Source of the DNA: Thermoplasmatota archaeon
Lineage (GTDB): Archaea; Thermoplasmatota; E2; DHVEG-1
Assembly (NCBI GenBank): GCA_030619765.1
Contig: JAUXAU010000004.1
Coordinates: forward strand, 5,717 to 69,716
Reading direction: 5' to 3'
DNA length: 64,000 nt
Below the pieces are notes generated by a model that saw only the letters and a program-made list of their open reading frames with translations, ran no database searches and was not told the origin of the DNA. Made by a program: the position numbers and the translations under genes. Shown here one piece after another: positions 30,908 to 41,565 of this stretch; the first letter of the stretch is position 1; each line of letters opens with the position of its first letter.

Positions 30908-31433
30908 ATGGTTGGTGCATATTGTGCAGAACAACGATTTTGAAGAATTAGATGAGGAACAGTCAAACATATTTACTATCAAAACTCAGGTTGGTAAAGA
31001 ACAAAATACTGCTGATCTTATCAATAGTAGAGCAGATAAATCGAAATTGGACATTCCATCAATACTTGTGACGCCTGAACTTAGAGGATATATATTTGTA
31101 GAAGGCTTTGATGAAGAACGCTTAAAGAATACGATTAAAACAATTTCATATGCACGGAATGTGCTCGAGGGAGACATTCCTATTGATCAAATAGAACATT
31201 TCCTTACGCCGGCTTCTGCAGTCGCAAAGATTACTGAGGGAGATACCGTTGAGATGGTCGCAGGACCATTTAGAGGGGAAAAAGCAAAGATAACCCATAT
31301 AGACTATGCAAAAGAGGAAATTACCGTTGAACTATTAGATTCAATGGTTCCTATACCAATAACTGTTCGGGGAGAACAAGTAAGAATCATTAAAAGAAAG
31401 GAAGAAGACAATAATAAAGAGAAGAAGGAGTGA
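30897..31433 (+). CDS. spt5: transcription elongation factor Spt5
   Basis: [17 protein letters not shown] motif [10 protein letters not shown]. Confidence 0.95.
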   Translation: MVIEWLVHIVQNNDFEELDEEQSNIFTIKTQVGKEQNTADLINSRADKSKLDIPSILVTPELRGYIFVEGFDEERLKNTIKTISYARNVLEGDIPIDQIEHFLTPASAVAKITEGDTVEMVAGPFRGEKAKITHIDYAKEEITVELLDSMVPIPITVRGEQVRIIKRKEEDNNKEKKE

Positions 31434-31439
31434 AATAAC

Positions 31440-31916
31440 ATGGCAGAAACAATAAAAGCACTTATTGAAGGAGGAAAAGCATCTGCAGGTCCACCATTGG
31501 GTCCGGCTCTTGGTCCCATGGGTATAAATATTATGCAGGTCATAAATACAATCAACGATAAAACTAAAGAGTTCGAAGGGATGAAGGTTCCAGTAAAAGT
31601 CATTATCGATCCAAAGACAAAGAATTTTGAGATAGAGGTAGGTACTCCTCCCGCAGCATCATTAATTCTTAACGAAATGGGTGGAGAAAAAGGATCAGGC
31701 TCGCCATCAAAGCACAAGATAGGCAATATTACCATCGATCAAGCCATTAAGGTCGCTAAGATGAAATTTGATAATCTCCTAGGAAAAGATTTAAAAGAAA
31801 AAACAAAAGAAATCATAGGAACCTGCATATCGATGGGCGTTACTGTTGAAGGAAAGAATCCAAAAGAAATACAGAAAGCAATCGATGAAGGCGAATACAA
31901 CTCTAAATTCGCTTAA
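31440..31916 (+). CDS. rpl11: 50S ribosomal protein L11 (uL11)
   Basis: GGKASAGPPLGPALGP, GTCISMGV. Confidence 0.98.
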   Translation: MAETIKALIEGGKASAGPPLGPALGPMGINIMQVINTINDKTKEFEGMKVPVKVIIDPKTKNFEIEVGTPPAASLILNEMGGEKGSGSPSKHKIGNITIDQAIKVAKMKFDNLLGKDLKEKTKEIIGTCISMGVTVEGKNPKEIQKAIDEGEYNSKFA

Positions 31917-32065
31917 TAACTTGCCCTTGGTTTTAACAACTTTAATTAACATTTTTTTTACTCAAAAATCATAAAATTCAAATCTAACCCGCGAATCTGA
32001 CTTTGTACAACTATTTTAAGGAATTGAAAAAGAAAAAAAGAGAAAGAATTGGTTTTAATCTGGTT

Positions 32066-33130
32066 CTATAACCCTAGCATGTGCCTTATTACCGGGAACA
32101 TATGTGGGTGTTGCTGTAGGAATCTTAGGAATAACAGGTTCATGTTGAATGCTCTGTTTTTCGGCATACTAACATCCAGGGTTCCCTCTGGACCTTCAAG
32201 ACCATGCTCGTCTTGGGCTATTGCTGTGATGGTATAGGTACCCTTTTCAGCCCAAGTATGACTCACTGTTACCGGTGTACCAGATGCAGAAAAGCCAGTC
32301 CATTCTGTGTTGCCATCTCCCCAATCTATGAAGTATTTGACATCATTTCCATCAGGATCTACTGCATTGAATGTGTACTCATATTCCTTTCCTGTTTTTC
32401 CACTTGTTTGACCATCTATACTTGGTGCATTCGGAGGAGCATTATCTATTCCATATGTTTTGAAACACATATCCCAGGTAACAACATCTTCAAATATTGG
32501 TTGTGCACCTTGATTACTGAATGCTTCAGCTGTGTTTGGATAGGATGATGAAGCAGATTCATTTGTCCAGGTATCACCCTCATCAATTGAAACCCATGCA
32601 CATCCGTCAGGGTATGATTCAGAAATATTATTTGCTCCCCATGCATAAAAATTATCTGTAACATTCTCTGTTAAAGCAACAACGTAATATGTCAGGCCAG
32701 TTGTGACTGTAATATCGTCAAAGTCGATTTCCACCCAGTCGTAATCTTCAGTTGGTACCTGTGATGGATCAATATTTATTACTGTTAAGTCATCTTCTGT
32801 TAGTTCTTCTCTGATTGATACTGCCAAAGGATAAGTTGCTGTTGAGTTCTTACCAATAAAAAGCTCTACTCGAGTTAGTACATCTTTTGTCGGAATGAAT
32901 GACTGAGCAACTTGAATACATATTGGATTGTCAGGTATTGGAACATTACCTACTGGAACAGCAGTATTTTCTGTCATTACAGTTTGAGATTGATCTAACT
33001 CATCGCTGCGTGATGCCGTACCTGTTTTATAATCTAACAATTGGCTGTCAATGTTCACGTGTAATGCAACCGCTCCAAGTCCACTAAGAACTAAAATCCC
33101 TACTACCAATAATGGTAATATCTTTTTCAT
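32066..33130 (-). CDS. secreted PKD-domain protein
   Basis: Signal peptide; YFIDWGDG PKD; amphipathic C-terminal tail. Confidence 0.82.
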   Translation of the reverse strand: MKKILPLLVVGILVLSGLGAVALHVNIDSQLLDYKTGTASRSDELDQSQTVMTENTAVPVGNVPIPDNPICIQVAQSFIPTKDVLTRVELFIGKNSTATYPLAVSIREELTEDDLTVINIDPSQVPTEDYDWVEIDFDDITVTTGLTYYVVALTENVTDNFYAWGANNISESYPDGCAWVSIDEGDTWTNESASSSYPNTAEAFSNQGAQPIFEDVVTWDMCFKTYGIDNAPPNAPSIDGQTSGKTGKEYEYTFNAVDPDGNDVKYFIDWGDGNTEWTGFSASGTPVTVSHTWAEKGTYTITAIAQDEHGLEGPEGTLDVSMPKNRAFNMNLLFLRFLQQHPHMFPVIRHMLGL

Positions 33131-33287
33131 ATTTTTTTTACCTCCCTTTATATTCTTATATATGTTGTAGTATATAAATGCTGCCCTCCATTACCAGACC
33201 CTTCTGGCTAAAACAAATTGGCAGTAATTATTTTAAGGACTTAAAAAAAGAGACTTTGTTTGTCACTATTATTCGTCTGACATAAAT

Positions 33288-33959
33288 TTATATTCGCTTA
33301 AAGCCTCTTTGAAAAAATTGTTTAAGTGATTTAAGCATACGGTCACGTCTATAGTCAAGGGGCATGACAATTCCCTCACCCCATGTTTTTTTCTTGTTTA
33401 TTTCTGAAAGAACAGTATCAATAGTCATGTCAGTTGAATCTACAATTGTGTAAGCATATCCCACATACAACAGATCATGTGAGTCACTGCCTCCAGTACC
33501 GCCAAGATCGAATTCTTTTGCTACCTGTGCTGTTTTTATATTGGTCTTTGGAAGGCTACAGCTATTATATACTTCAATTGCTGGTATTTTTGTATAATTT
33601 TTTTTAAGTTTTTCCTTTTTGATTCCTGACATATTTCTAAAAAGATGGGGAGCTACCGCTATTCCACCTACATCAATAATTTTTTCAATAGTCTCCTCAA
33701 CAGAGAGACCTCTAGGAATATCTTCTTTTACATTTAAGCCAATCATATGTCCGTCTGCAGTTGATATTTCTGTGCCTGGAATAACGATGAAATCTTTAGG
33801 TGCAATTTTCAACGCTTTAAGGCCACCTTCAACAGTATTATGATCAGTAATAGCCATTCCATGTAGTCCTTCCTTCTTTAGTGATTTAATTATATCTCGA
33901 GGACTTCCTATGGCATCATCTGAATATTGTGAATGAATATGTAAATCCAATTTTAACAT
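33288..33959 (-). CDS. PHP-family metal-dependent phosphoesterase
   Basis: DLHIHS, AITDHN, GGSDSH. Confidence 0.92.
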   Translation of the reverse strand: MLKLDLHIHSQYSDDAIGSPRDIIKSLKKEGLHGMAITDHNTVEGGLKALKIAPKDFIVIPGTEISTADGHMIGLNVKEDIPRGLSVEETIEKIIDVGGIAVAPHLFRNMSGIKKEKLKKNYTKIPAIEVYNSCSLPKTNIKTAQVAKEFDLGGTGGSDSHDLLYVGYAYTIVDSTDMTIDTVLSEINKKKTWGEGIVMPLDYRRDRMLKSLKQFFQRGFKRI

Positions 33960-34056
33960 GGTTTAAACGCTCGGTTGCAATTGGTAGATAGATTCTGTAT
34001 TAGAAATTTACGGTTAATAAATCGTAGTATAGTTTGATATCATTCTAAAAAAGCCA

Positions 34057-34560
34057 TTATACTGTAAAAACAGCAATCCACACAATAATGTTTATCAATA
34101 ACGCAATAAGACCCATACGAAGACTATTAATCCAACTTAATTTGAGTAAATACTTAGAAACAAGCACAAAGGATAGGAAAATAAATAGCAAAGCGATCAA
34201 TAACCCTCCAATCCATGCACCTAGAATCAATTCGGAGATTAAGCCTACCAAGCTAATTATAAATACTGACATAAGTAACGTCGTTTTAGAAAAATCAAAT
34301 ACATTTTTGATTGTGACTAGATTACAGCGATGTAACAGATATATTCCGCCATATATGATTAAAATATTTATAAAAAAATCCATAATGAATACAATTGCAA
34401 TCCACGCAATATTTAAACTACTCACACCAATCGAGCCATAATAAACTGGTTCAGGATCTGGATAAATTGGGATTGGATTTCCTGCAGACATTGTTACAAA
34501 AAAAATTGGTAAAAATAGAATTAACGAAACTGATAAAGCAAATCTAGTGTAATCTTTCAT
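34057..34560 (-). CDS. membrane protein
   Basis: Several TM segments. Confidence 0.7.
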   Translation of the reverse strand: MKDYTRFALSVSLILFLPIFFVTMSAGNPIPIYPDPEPVYYGSIGVSSLNIAWIAIVFIMDFFINILIIYGGIYLLHRCNLVTIKNVFDFSKTTLLMSVFIISLVGLISELILGAWIGGLLIALLFIFLSFVLVSKYLLKLSWINSLRMGLIALLINIIVWIAVFTV

Positions 34561-34906
34561 ATTTTGTTAAACGAAGTTCATTATATAAAATATGAGGTAA
34601 TTTGCAAAGTAAAATGGTTTGATCTCTAAAAAATAAAAAAGAAAGTGTTATATAATGGAATTTTATTGCACCGCTTGGGAGAGGCGAATTATGTTAAACA
34701 ATAAAAACAGGCATCTTAATAACCATTATTTTGGTGAATTAGAACTAGTAGATAAAGAGTTGTTTTTTATTTCAGCAAATAGACGTGATAATTAGCACAT
34801 ATTACTGTTTTAAAATCACAGTAAAAACCTATTTGAATAACAAAATGATGCTGTCAACCTTTATAATACAAAAGATAAAAAATATATTTTAGCTTATGGA
34901 ATTTTA

Positions 34907-35473
34907 ATGATCAAAGAAAATCTAACCATCATTCCCTTTCAAACATTTTTTGTTTCAAGAGAGATAAGCAACTGTCCTTTAATTGCAGATATCATAAAAT
35001 TGAGCAAAAAGATAGATGAGTTGGGGATAACAGACAATAAGGATTATAGCATAAGTCTTGCTTATGGTAAACGGATACTGATTAATGCTAAAAACGTAAG
35101 CATCGAAAGTATGAATCAGCAAGACATCATAGAAATCGTGGATTATGACCCTGTGAAAAACATTATTTTGGCAATAGGGAAAAAAGATCCATGCATTGAA
35201 ACGCCAGTTCATTGGCTTATACATCATGCAAGAGATGATGTGAACGCAATTATCCAGCTCAACGGGGAAAAAGTTGCGAAAAGGTTATCAAAAAATCTAC
35301 CCATTACTGAAAAAGAATGTCCATCTGGCACTCTTGAACTAGCAAAGGAAGTTTTAAAAACACTTAGAGCTAGTAAAAAAATCGTGATTAAAAACAGAGG
35401 GGGATTATTCGTAGGTATCAGTCTAAAAGAAGCCGAAGATCTGGTTTTAAAGACATATGGGGAATCCAAATGA
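34907..35473 (+). CDS. class II aldolase/adducin-fold protein (degenerate metal site)
   Basis: ETPVHWLIH..R.DVNAII, PSGTLELA; overlaps mtnA. Confidence 0.7.
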   Translation: MIKENLTIIPFQTFFVSREISNCPLIADIIKLSKKIDELGITDNKDYSISLAYGKRILINAKNVSIESMNQQDIIEIVDYDPVKNIILAIGKKDPCIETPVHWLIHHARDDVNAIIQLNGEKVAKRLSKNLPITEKECPSGTLELAKEVLKTLRASKKIVIKNRGGLFVGISLKEAEDLVLKTYGESK

Positions 35474-36435
35474 AAGTTGAAGGAAAAGAATACAGATCTC
35501 TTTGGGTTGAAAAAAACCTTATTAAGTTCATAGATCAGAGAAAATTACCATATTTATTCGAGATTTTTACGGCAAAAACTGTAGATGATATTACATTTGC
35601 TATAAAGAACATGATAGTGCGTGGTGCCCCAGCAATTGGAGTTGCAGCTGCATATGGCATGGCTCTTTCAAAAAAAGATTTAAAAAAATCAGCAGAAAAA
35701 TTGAGAGCTACACGTCCAACTGCATATGATCTCTTTTATGCTATAGAATACATGATCGATAAAATAAACAATGGAGAGAATAGATTTGATGCTGCATCAA
35801 AATATGTTGAGGATATCATAGAGCAGTGTAAAAAAATTGGAGAGAATGGAGAAAAATTGATCAAAGATGACATGAAAATTCTTACTCATTGTAATGCCGG
35901 CGCTCTTGCAACAGTGGATTATGGCACGGCACTTGCACCCTTAAGATTGGCGCACAGAAATGGAAAAAAATTTTTTGTATACGTAGATGAAACAAGACCT
36001 CGCCTCCAAGGGTTGTTGACAGCTTGGGAACTGAAACATGAATGTATTAAACATGTAATTATCGCTGACAATGCTGCAGGTTATTTCATGAAGAATAAGG
36101 ATATTGACATGGTTATCACAGGTGCAGACAGAATTGCAAAAAATGGTGATTTTGCAAATAAAATTGGAACGTATGAAAAAGCAGTATTGGCTAAGGAGAA
36201 TAATATTCCTTTTTATGTTGCAGCTCCAAAGAGTACGTTTGATAATACCATTAAGGATGGCAGTCATATAATTATTGAAGAACGGGGGAAAAGCGAATTA
36301 TCAGAGATCAATGGAAAAACGATTATGCCAGAATGGGCATCTGTTAAGAATCCTGCTTTTGATGTTACACCTGCAGAGTACGTAACTGGTTATATAACAG
36401 AAGAAGGAATAATTAAAGGTGATTTTTCTTACTAA
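35470..36435 (+). CDS. mtnA: S-methyl-5-thioribose-1-phosphate isomerase
   Basis: IDQRKLP, VRGAPAIG, THCNAGALAT, ETRPRLQG, NKIGTY. Confidence 0.95.
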   Translation: MKVEGKEYRSLWVEKNLIKFIDQRKLPYLFEIFTAKTVDDITFAIKNMIVRGAPAIGVAAAYGMALSKKDLKKSAEKLRATRPTAYDLFYAIEYMIDKINNGENRFDAASKYVEDIIEQCKKIGENGEKLIKDDMKILTHCNAGALATVDYGTALAPLRLAHRNGKKFFVYVDETRPRLQGLLTAWELKHECIKHVIIADNAAGYFMKNKDIDMVITGADRIAKNGDFANKIGTYEKAVLAKENNIPFYVAAPKSTFDNTIKDGSHIIIEERGKSELSEINGKTIMPEWASVKNPAFDVTPAEYVTGYITEEGIIKGDFSY

Positions 36436-36532
36436 TGATTTAATCTATACATAACATTAGATTTAGTAGTACAATAGAAGAGTAATGAAAGTTTGATCAA
36501 TGGTTTCGGTCACCCCTATTTTACTAATATAA

Positions 36533-36715
36533 ATGAAGAAAAGGTTTTTTTATCAAAAACATCGAGGGTTAATGATGATCACATGGAAATATATAATAAA
36601 AGGCGATGCAGGAACAATTATAACGAAAGATCATAGATATGCAGAAGAGAAAAGCAGATTAGGATATCGTGTATTTTGTAAGCGGGAAAAAAATATCTAC
36701 AAGTGTTATCATTGA
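36533..36715 (+). CDS. small hypothetical protein
   Basis: ORF track only. Confidence 0.4.
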   Translation: MKKRFFYQKHRGLMMITWKYIIKGDAGTIITKDHRYAEEKSRLGYRVFCKREKNIYKCYH

Positions 36716-36954
36716 TAGTTTTCGACATTAAAGAAAAATTGTAAGGTTAGAATGCCGTAAGTCCCAATTATACTTTATTTGCTGTTTGATATGGATTGAA
36801 TGGTGGATTGCCATAAAGTGTAAACTCATGTAAACCAACAGCTGTTAGTTTCATTTTTTACTCCAAAACAGCAAAAATATTACGATAATTACAACAATTA
36901 CTATTACAATAATGAGTAAAAGACATAAAACATACTATGTAATTACAGAGACGT

Positions 36955-37311
36955 ATGATCAATATGAAAAATAATATTCAGACTATCAGAGAATACAGAG
37001 AAAAAATGAATGAGATTATTCTAAACGCCGATAATAAAAACATAAAGAGATTTTTTGCAATTGATAGTAATGTCTACGAAGAGGGAGCATTAGATAAGAA
37101 AACGAAAGAATTGATAGGGCTTGTGGCCTCAACAGTATTACGATGTAATGACTGTATCTTTTATCATCTAGATCAATGTATAAAAGAAAAAGTTACGCCA
37201 GATGAACTTTATGAATCATTGAGTATTGCATTAATTGTTGGAGGTTCAATAACCATCCCCCATATAAGATATATATTTGAGTTATTAGAGGGGATGTCAT
37301 TTGGAAAATAG
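36955..37311 (+). CDS. carboxymuconolactone decarboxylase / AhpD-like protein
   Basis: GALDKKTKELIGL, RCNDCIFYH. Confidence 0.9.
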   Translation: MINMKNNIQTIREYREKMNEIILNADNKNIKRFFAIDSNVYEEGALDKKTKELIGLVASTVLRCNDCIFYHLDQCIKEKVTPDELYESLSIALIVGGSITIPHIRYIFELLEGMSFGK

Positions 37312-37704
37312 TTATTTTTTTAGATGAAAAACATACAATGTGGGAATTCTTTTTTTCTTGCCGGTCCAATATCCGCAGTTAGAACATCTAAACTCGATAG
37401 TAACTTCTCCACCCCAGATAGTAAGATTCTTTACTCTTTGTAATGAGTTACTACAAACAGGACATCTGGCAAGTATTTTGTGAGGATCTCCCTCTCTGCT
37501 ATGAATTTCTATACTTACTAAATCACTTTTTAGAACGATGTTACGTAACCTACGTTCACTAACATGAAATTGTTTTTTCTTAGTTTTTAATTCTTTTTCT
37601 ACAAGTTCTTTTAACTTACGTTGTGAAGAAACGGTGCGATATTTTTTAAAAACCTTTTTAGCGGATTTTCTGACTTTTTCGTCTGAAGGAATATGGTAGG
37701 CCAT
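37312..37704 (-). CDS. hypothetical protein with Zn-ribbon
   Basis: CPVC...CSNCGY. Confidence 0.8.
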   Translation of the reverse strand: MAYHIPSDEKVRKSAKKVFKKYRTVSSQRKLKELVEKELKTKKKQFHVSERRLRNIVLKSDLVSIEIHSREGDPHKILARCPVCSNSLQRVKNLTIWGGEVTIEFRCSNCGYWTGKKKRIPTLYVFHLKK

Positions 37705-37739
37705 AATATAGTAGAATTGTCTTGATTACTTATAATCTT

Positions 37740-38537
37740 TTATAAAGATACTGTCTTCAAAAGGTCGGTTCTGGTAACAATTCCAACAAGAACATTATCT
37801 TTTATCACAGGTAGAGCCCCAACATTATGCTTGGTCATAAGTTTTGCTGCATCAACAGCAGTTACTGATTGTGTTGTCCAAACTACAGGAATCTTCATAA
37901 CATCCTTTACTAACAATTCATCAAGTCGATGTTTCTGATGTCCTAAAGAAAAAGATTTTTTTAATGAAGCAAATGCAAAAACAACTTCAGCATCAGATAT
38001 AATACCAACAAGTTTTCCCTGGTTTAGAACAGGTAGGCGTGCAACATTTTCATTTATCATAACCCTTCTAGCATGTACTACTCTATCATCTGCCGATACA
38101 GAAAAAACATTTCTCTGCATCAGATCACCTAGAGTTTTTTTACTATCAACGAGATGCAAAAGATCGGCCTTCGTGATAACTCCTACAAGCTTATCTTTAT
38201 CTACAACCGGAAGTATAGTTGGTCCAGGCTGACCGACCATTTTTAAAATCTCTTTAACATCAGTACTCGGAGAAATTGTAACGATTTCTTTTTCAGTAAC
38301 TGATGAGGCATGTAATCTAGAAGTAGAAATGCCTCTTTTTCTTATTGATCCCAATTTATATGCTATGACATTGTCAGTTATAATGCCAAAAAGTTTTTTA
38401 TCTTCTACAACAGGAATTTTTGTAATATCATGTTTCTTCATAAGGTCAAGAATGTACTTTAAATCCTGGTCTTTATCAACATAAATAACGTCTTTTGTCA
38501 TTATCTCTTTTACTTTCATTATTTCATCCCTTATCAA
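37740..38537 (-). CDS. CBS-domain protein (4 CBS)
   Basis: Repeated LPV....LVGIIT/SD motifs. Confidence 0.92.
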   Translation of the reverse strand: MIRDEIMKVKEIMTKDVIYVDKDQDLKYILDLMKKHDITKIPVVEDKKLFGIITDNVIAYKLGSIRKRGISTSRLHASSVTEKEIVTISPSTDVKEILKMVGQPGPTILPVVDKDKLVGVITKADLLHLVDSKKTLGDLMQRNVFSVSADDRVVHARRVMINENVARLPVLNQGKLVGIISDAEVVFAFASLKKSFSLGHQKHRLDELLVKDVMKIPVVWTTQSVTAVDAAKLMTKHNVGALPVIKDNVLVGIVTRTDLLKTVSL

Positions 38538-38546
38538 TCAAAAATA

Positions 38547-39101
38547 TTATTGATATTTTAATGCATCCATGCAATTCTCACATAACAAACGTCCGTCAAC
38601 ATTTTTTAGGTTGGTAGACAGTGAACTACAATCTTCACATTTACCAGAAAAGATCTGAGCTCTAAGATGAGATTCATCTTTCTTGGCTATATTATACCAC
38701 TCTCTAGCTATCTCATTTAATATGGGAGAAATTCGTGTTATATCTTTATGGGTTATTATACCAATTAATTCGCCGTTTTCAACTACAGGTAGCCTTCTAA
38801 TATTACATTTACCCATTGTTTTCATAGCTTCTTCAACTGGGATATATGGGTCAGTCACTATAATCGGCGTGCTCATGATCTCTTTCACCAGTATCTCATT
38901 TGCATTCTTTCCTTCAGCTACAATCTTCTTTAAAATATCACTTTCTGTTAATATGCCAGTAGGCTGTTTTTTTTCTACAACTATTACGTTTCCGATTTTT
39001 TTTTCTCTCATAAGTTTAGCTGCTTCTAAAACTGTAATTGTAGGTTTTACTATAACAGGATTACTTTTCATCGCTTCCTTTACAATGACTTCCTTCTTCA
39101 T
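38547..39101 (-). CDS. CBS-domain protein with C-terminal Zn-ribbon
   Basis: 2 CBS; CEDC...LCENC. Confidence 0.92.
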   Translation of the reverse strand: MKKEVIVKEAMKSNPVIVKPTITVLEAAKLMREKKIGNVIVVEKKQPTGILTESDILKKIVAEGKNANEILVKEIMSTPIIVTDPYIPVEEAMKTMGKCNIRRLPVVENGELIGIITHKDITRISPILNEIAREWYNIAKKDESHLRAQIFSGKCEDCSSLSTNLKNVDGRLLCENCMDALKYQ

Positions 39102-39308
39102 TTGATAGTCACCTTATAATCACTTTAAACTCAGAGTAAAGAACTACTAGCCCAAACATTAAAAGATTTCCAAGTATTTTACCTTTTTCGTATGATTGAT
39201 AATTGTGAACAAAGATTTAAAAGTATACCAGAAGGAGAAGAAGAAACTCTTTCAAAGACGAATACATCTTATTCTGTCATATGTGTGGATTTGGATTAAC
39301 TGTAAAAG

Positions 39309-39761
39309 GTGAAAATGAGCATGGTGACATTTGTAATTAAAGGGATTCCAAAGGTAAAGAAAAGACCTGTGTTTTCTACTCAAGGTGGAAAGGTCAGAAC
39401 ATACACTCCAAAAATAACAGCAACGTATGAGAACTTAGTAAAACTCAAAGCAGAAGAACAATTTAAACATCCACTCGACGGTTCGATTAGTTTGGCTATA
39501 CGATTCTATCTCCCAAGACCAAAACGATTAATCTGGAAGCGAAGACCCATGCCCGAAGTTTATTCGGACAAAAGACCTGATATAGATAATCTTGCAAAAG
39601 CAGTAATTGATGGATTGAATGGCGTTGCCTTTAGAGACGATGGACAAATAGCAGAGTTACATATTACAAAAAAATTTCACGCGGGGGATGACGAACCAAA
39701 AACAATAGTTATAGTTAATAACGTCAAAGAAGGTTCCAATCAATCAACACTAGAAAGTTAA
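39309..39761 (+). CDS. rusA: RusA-family Holliday junction resolvase
   Basis: KRPDIDNLAKAVIDGLNGVAFRDDGQI. Confidence 0.9.
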   Translation: MKMSMVTFVIKGIPKVKKRPVFSTQGGKVRTYTPKITATYENLVKLKAEEQFKHPLDGSISLAIRFYLPRPKRLIWKRRPMPEVYSDKRPDIDNLAKAVIDGLNGVAFRDDGQIAELHITKKFHAGDDEPKTIVIVNNVKEGSNQSTLES

Positions 39762-39833
39762 AGTCATCTTGGATAATACGAAATCTTTTTAGAATAAGAT
39801 ATCGTATGAACCAACCACAATCTTTTTAGTAAG

Positions 39834-40301
39834 TTGTATATTACTACTCCTTTGATTACAATGAAAAAATTACTGATTGCCTATGATGGCTCAGAGGCTT
39901 CAACAAAAGCTATTGATATGGCACTAAAATGTTCTAATAAAGAAGACGAAGTAATACTTCTTACAGTGATACCTGCTGCACTGGTCGAATCGGCTTTTAC
40001 GGACATGCTGCTTCCAACGATTGATCTAAGCTCTGTAGTAAGATCAGGTAGTTTTAAAGAAAAAGCCGTGGAGAATATGAACAAAGTTGCAAAAGAGATG
40101 GAAGGTAAAATAGATAAAGTAGATATTGTCGTGGAATCAGGCGATGCTGCAGATGAGATACTTCTGACTTCAAAAAAACATGAAGTTGATATTATAATCA
40201 TTGGATACAAAGGATATGGAAAAGAAGGGAGATTTCTACTTGGCAGTGTTACCGATAAAGTGGTAAGACATGCAAGCAGATCTGTTCTGGTTGTAAGATA
40301 A
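39834..40301 (+). CDS. universal stress protein
   Basis: LLIAYDGSEAS, LLGSVTDKVVRHA; the real start is probably ATG 39861. Confidence 0.93.
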   Translation: MYITTPLITMKKLLIAYDGSEASTKAIDMALKCSNKEDEVILLTVIPAALVESAFTDMLLPTIDLSSVVRSGSFKEKAVENMNKVAKEMEGKIDKVDIVVESGDAADEILLTSKKHEVDIIIIGYKGYGKEGRFLLGSVTDKVVRHASRSVLVVR

Positions 40302-40315
40302 AAAATTGTGATTAA

Positions 40316-41512
40316 ATGCATCCTGCTGACGAGATACGCGGGATTAAAAGCAAGAAGCTTTCTAAAAAGAAGATTGTTCTTGGTGTAACCGGAAGTATAG
40401 CAGCTATTGAATCAATTAAATTATCACGAGAATTGATTCGTCATGGTGCAGATGTTTACCCTGTTATGACAAAAGCAGCAACAAGAATTATTCATCCCGA
40501 TTCTTTAGAATTTGCCACTTCCCATAAACCAATTATTGAATTAACTGGAAAAACAGAGCATGTTTCATTTTGTGGCCTTACGAAAGACCGCGTAGATCTG
40601 TTGCTAATTTCTCCCTGTACTGCTAATACCATCTCAAAGATTGCACTTGGTATTGATGACACACCAGTGACAACTTTCGCAACTACAGCGATTGGATCAG
40701 GTGTAACAATAGCAATTGTGCCTGCCATGCACCTTTCTATGTATAAACATAAAATCATACAAGAAAACATCGATAAATGCAAAAGAATGGGCATATCTTT
40801 TATTGACCCTGTTATTCAAGCAAACAAAGCCAAGATGCTTGGTGTGGATAAAATAGTTGAACATACAATAAGAGTGATTGGAAAACAGGATTTAGGGAAA
40901 AAAAATATTCTAATTATTGGTGGGGCTACTGCCGAAGCTATAGACGATATAAGGATACTTACAAATAGAAGCTCGGGTAAAACTGCTGTTGCTCTTGCAA
41001 ATAACGCGTTTGAGCGAGGTGCAAATGTTGAGTTATGGTATGGACATGCAAAAGAGGTTGTTCCTTCATATATACCTGTTAAAAACTTTGAAACAGTTGA
41101 AGATTTATTGAATTTATTGAAGAATAATGACATAAAATTTGACATAATCATCGTCTGCGCAGCAATTGCAAATTATCTTCCAAAAAAACAAAAAGGGAAG
41201 ATTCCCTCTGGAAAAAACAAGCTTGATTTAGAGCTTTCTCCTGCACCAAAAATTATTCAAAAAATTAGATTAATTGCATCGAAATCCAAAATTATTGCTT
41301 TTAAAGTGGAAGAAAACAAGAAAAATTTGAAAGAAAAATCATATCAATTACTAAAGAAAAATCAACTTGATTTTGTTATTGCCAACACTGTTTCTGCTTT
41401 TGGTAAAGATGAAAATGAGATTTTGATTATTGATAAAAAAGGCGAGAGTGTTCTTAGAAAAGGGAAGAAAGAAGAACTTGCTGATTATATTCTAGATATT
41501 ATCAATCAATAG
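40316..41512 (+). CDS. coaBC: phosphopantothenoylcysteine decarboxylase/ligase
   Basis: GVTGSIAA, PCTANTISK, PAMH, TNRSSGKT. Confidence 0.96.
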   Translation: MHPADEIRGIKSKKLSKKKIVLGVTGSIAAIESIKLSRELIRHGADVYPVMTKAATRIIHPDSLEFATSHKPIIELTGKTEHVSFCGLTKDRVDLLLISPCTANTISKIALGIDDTPVTTFATTAIGSGVTIAIVPAMHLSMYKHKIIQENIDKCKRMGISFIDPVIQANKAKMLGVDKIVEHTIRVIGKQDLGKKNILIIGGATAEAIDDIRILTNRSSGKTAVALANNAFERGANVELWYGHAKEVVPSYIPVKNFETVEDLLNLLKNNDIKFDIIIVCAAIANYLPKKQKGKIPSGKNKLDLELSPAPKIIQKIRLIASKSKIIAFKVEENKKNLKEKSYQLLKKNQLDFVIANTVSAFGKDENEILIIDKKGESVLRKGKKEELADYILDIINQ

Positions 41513-41565
41513 AATATATAATCAACAACTATATATACTGATAATACATTCTTTTTAATGATAAT

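Noticed and set aside
41513-41540. dif-like site (TATATAA-N8-TATATA) before the integrase
   Set aside because: The arms are short and AT-only, the spacer is not 6 bp, and a TATA box explains it equally well.
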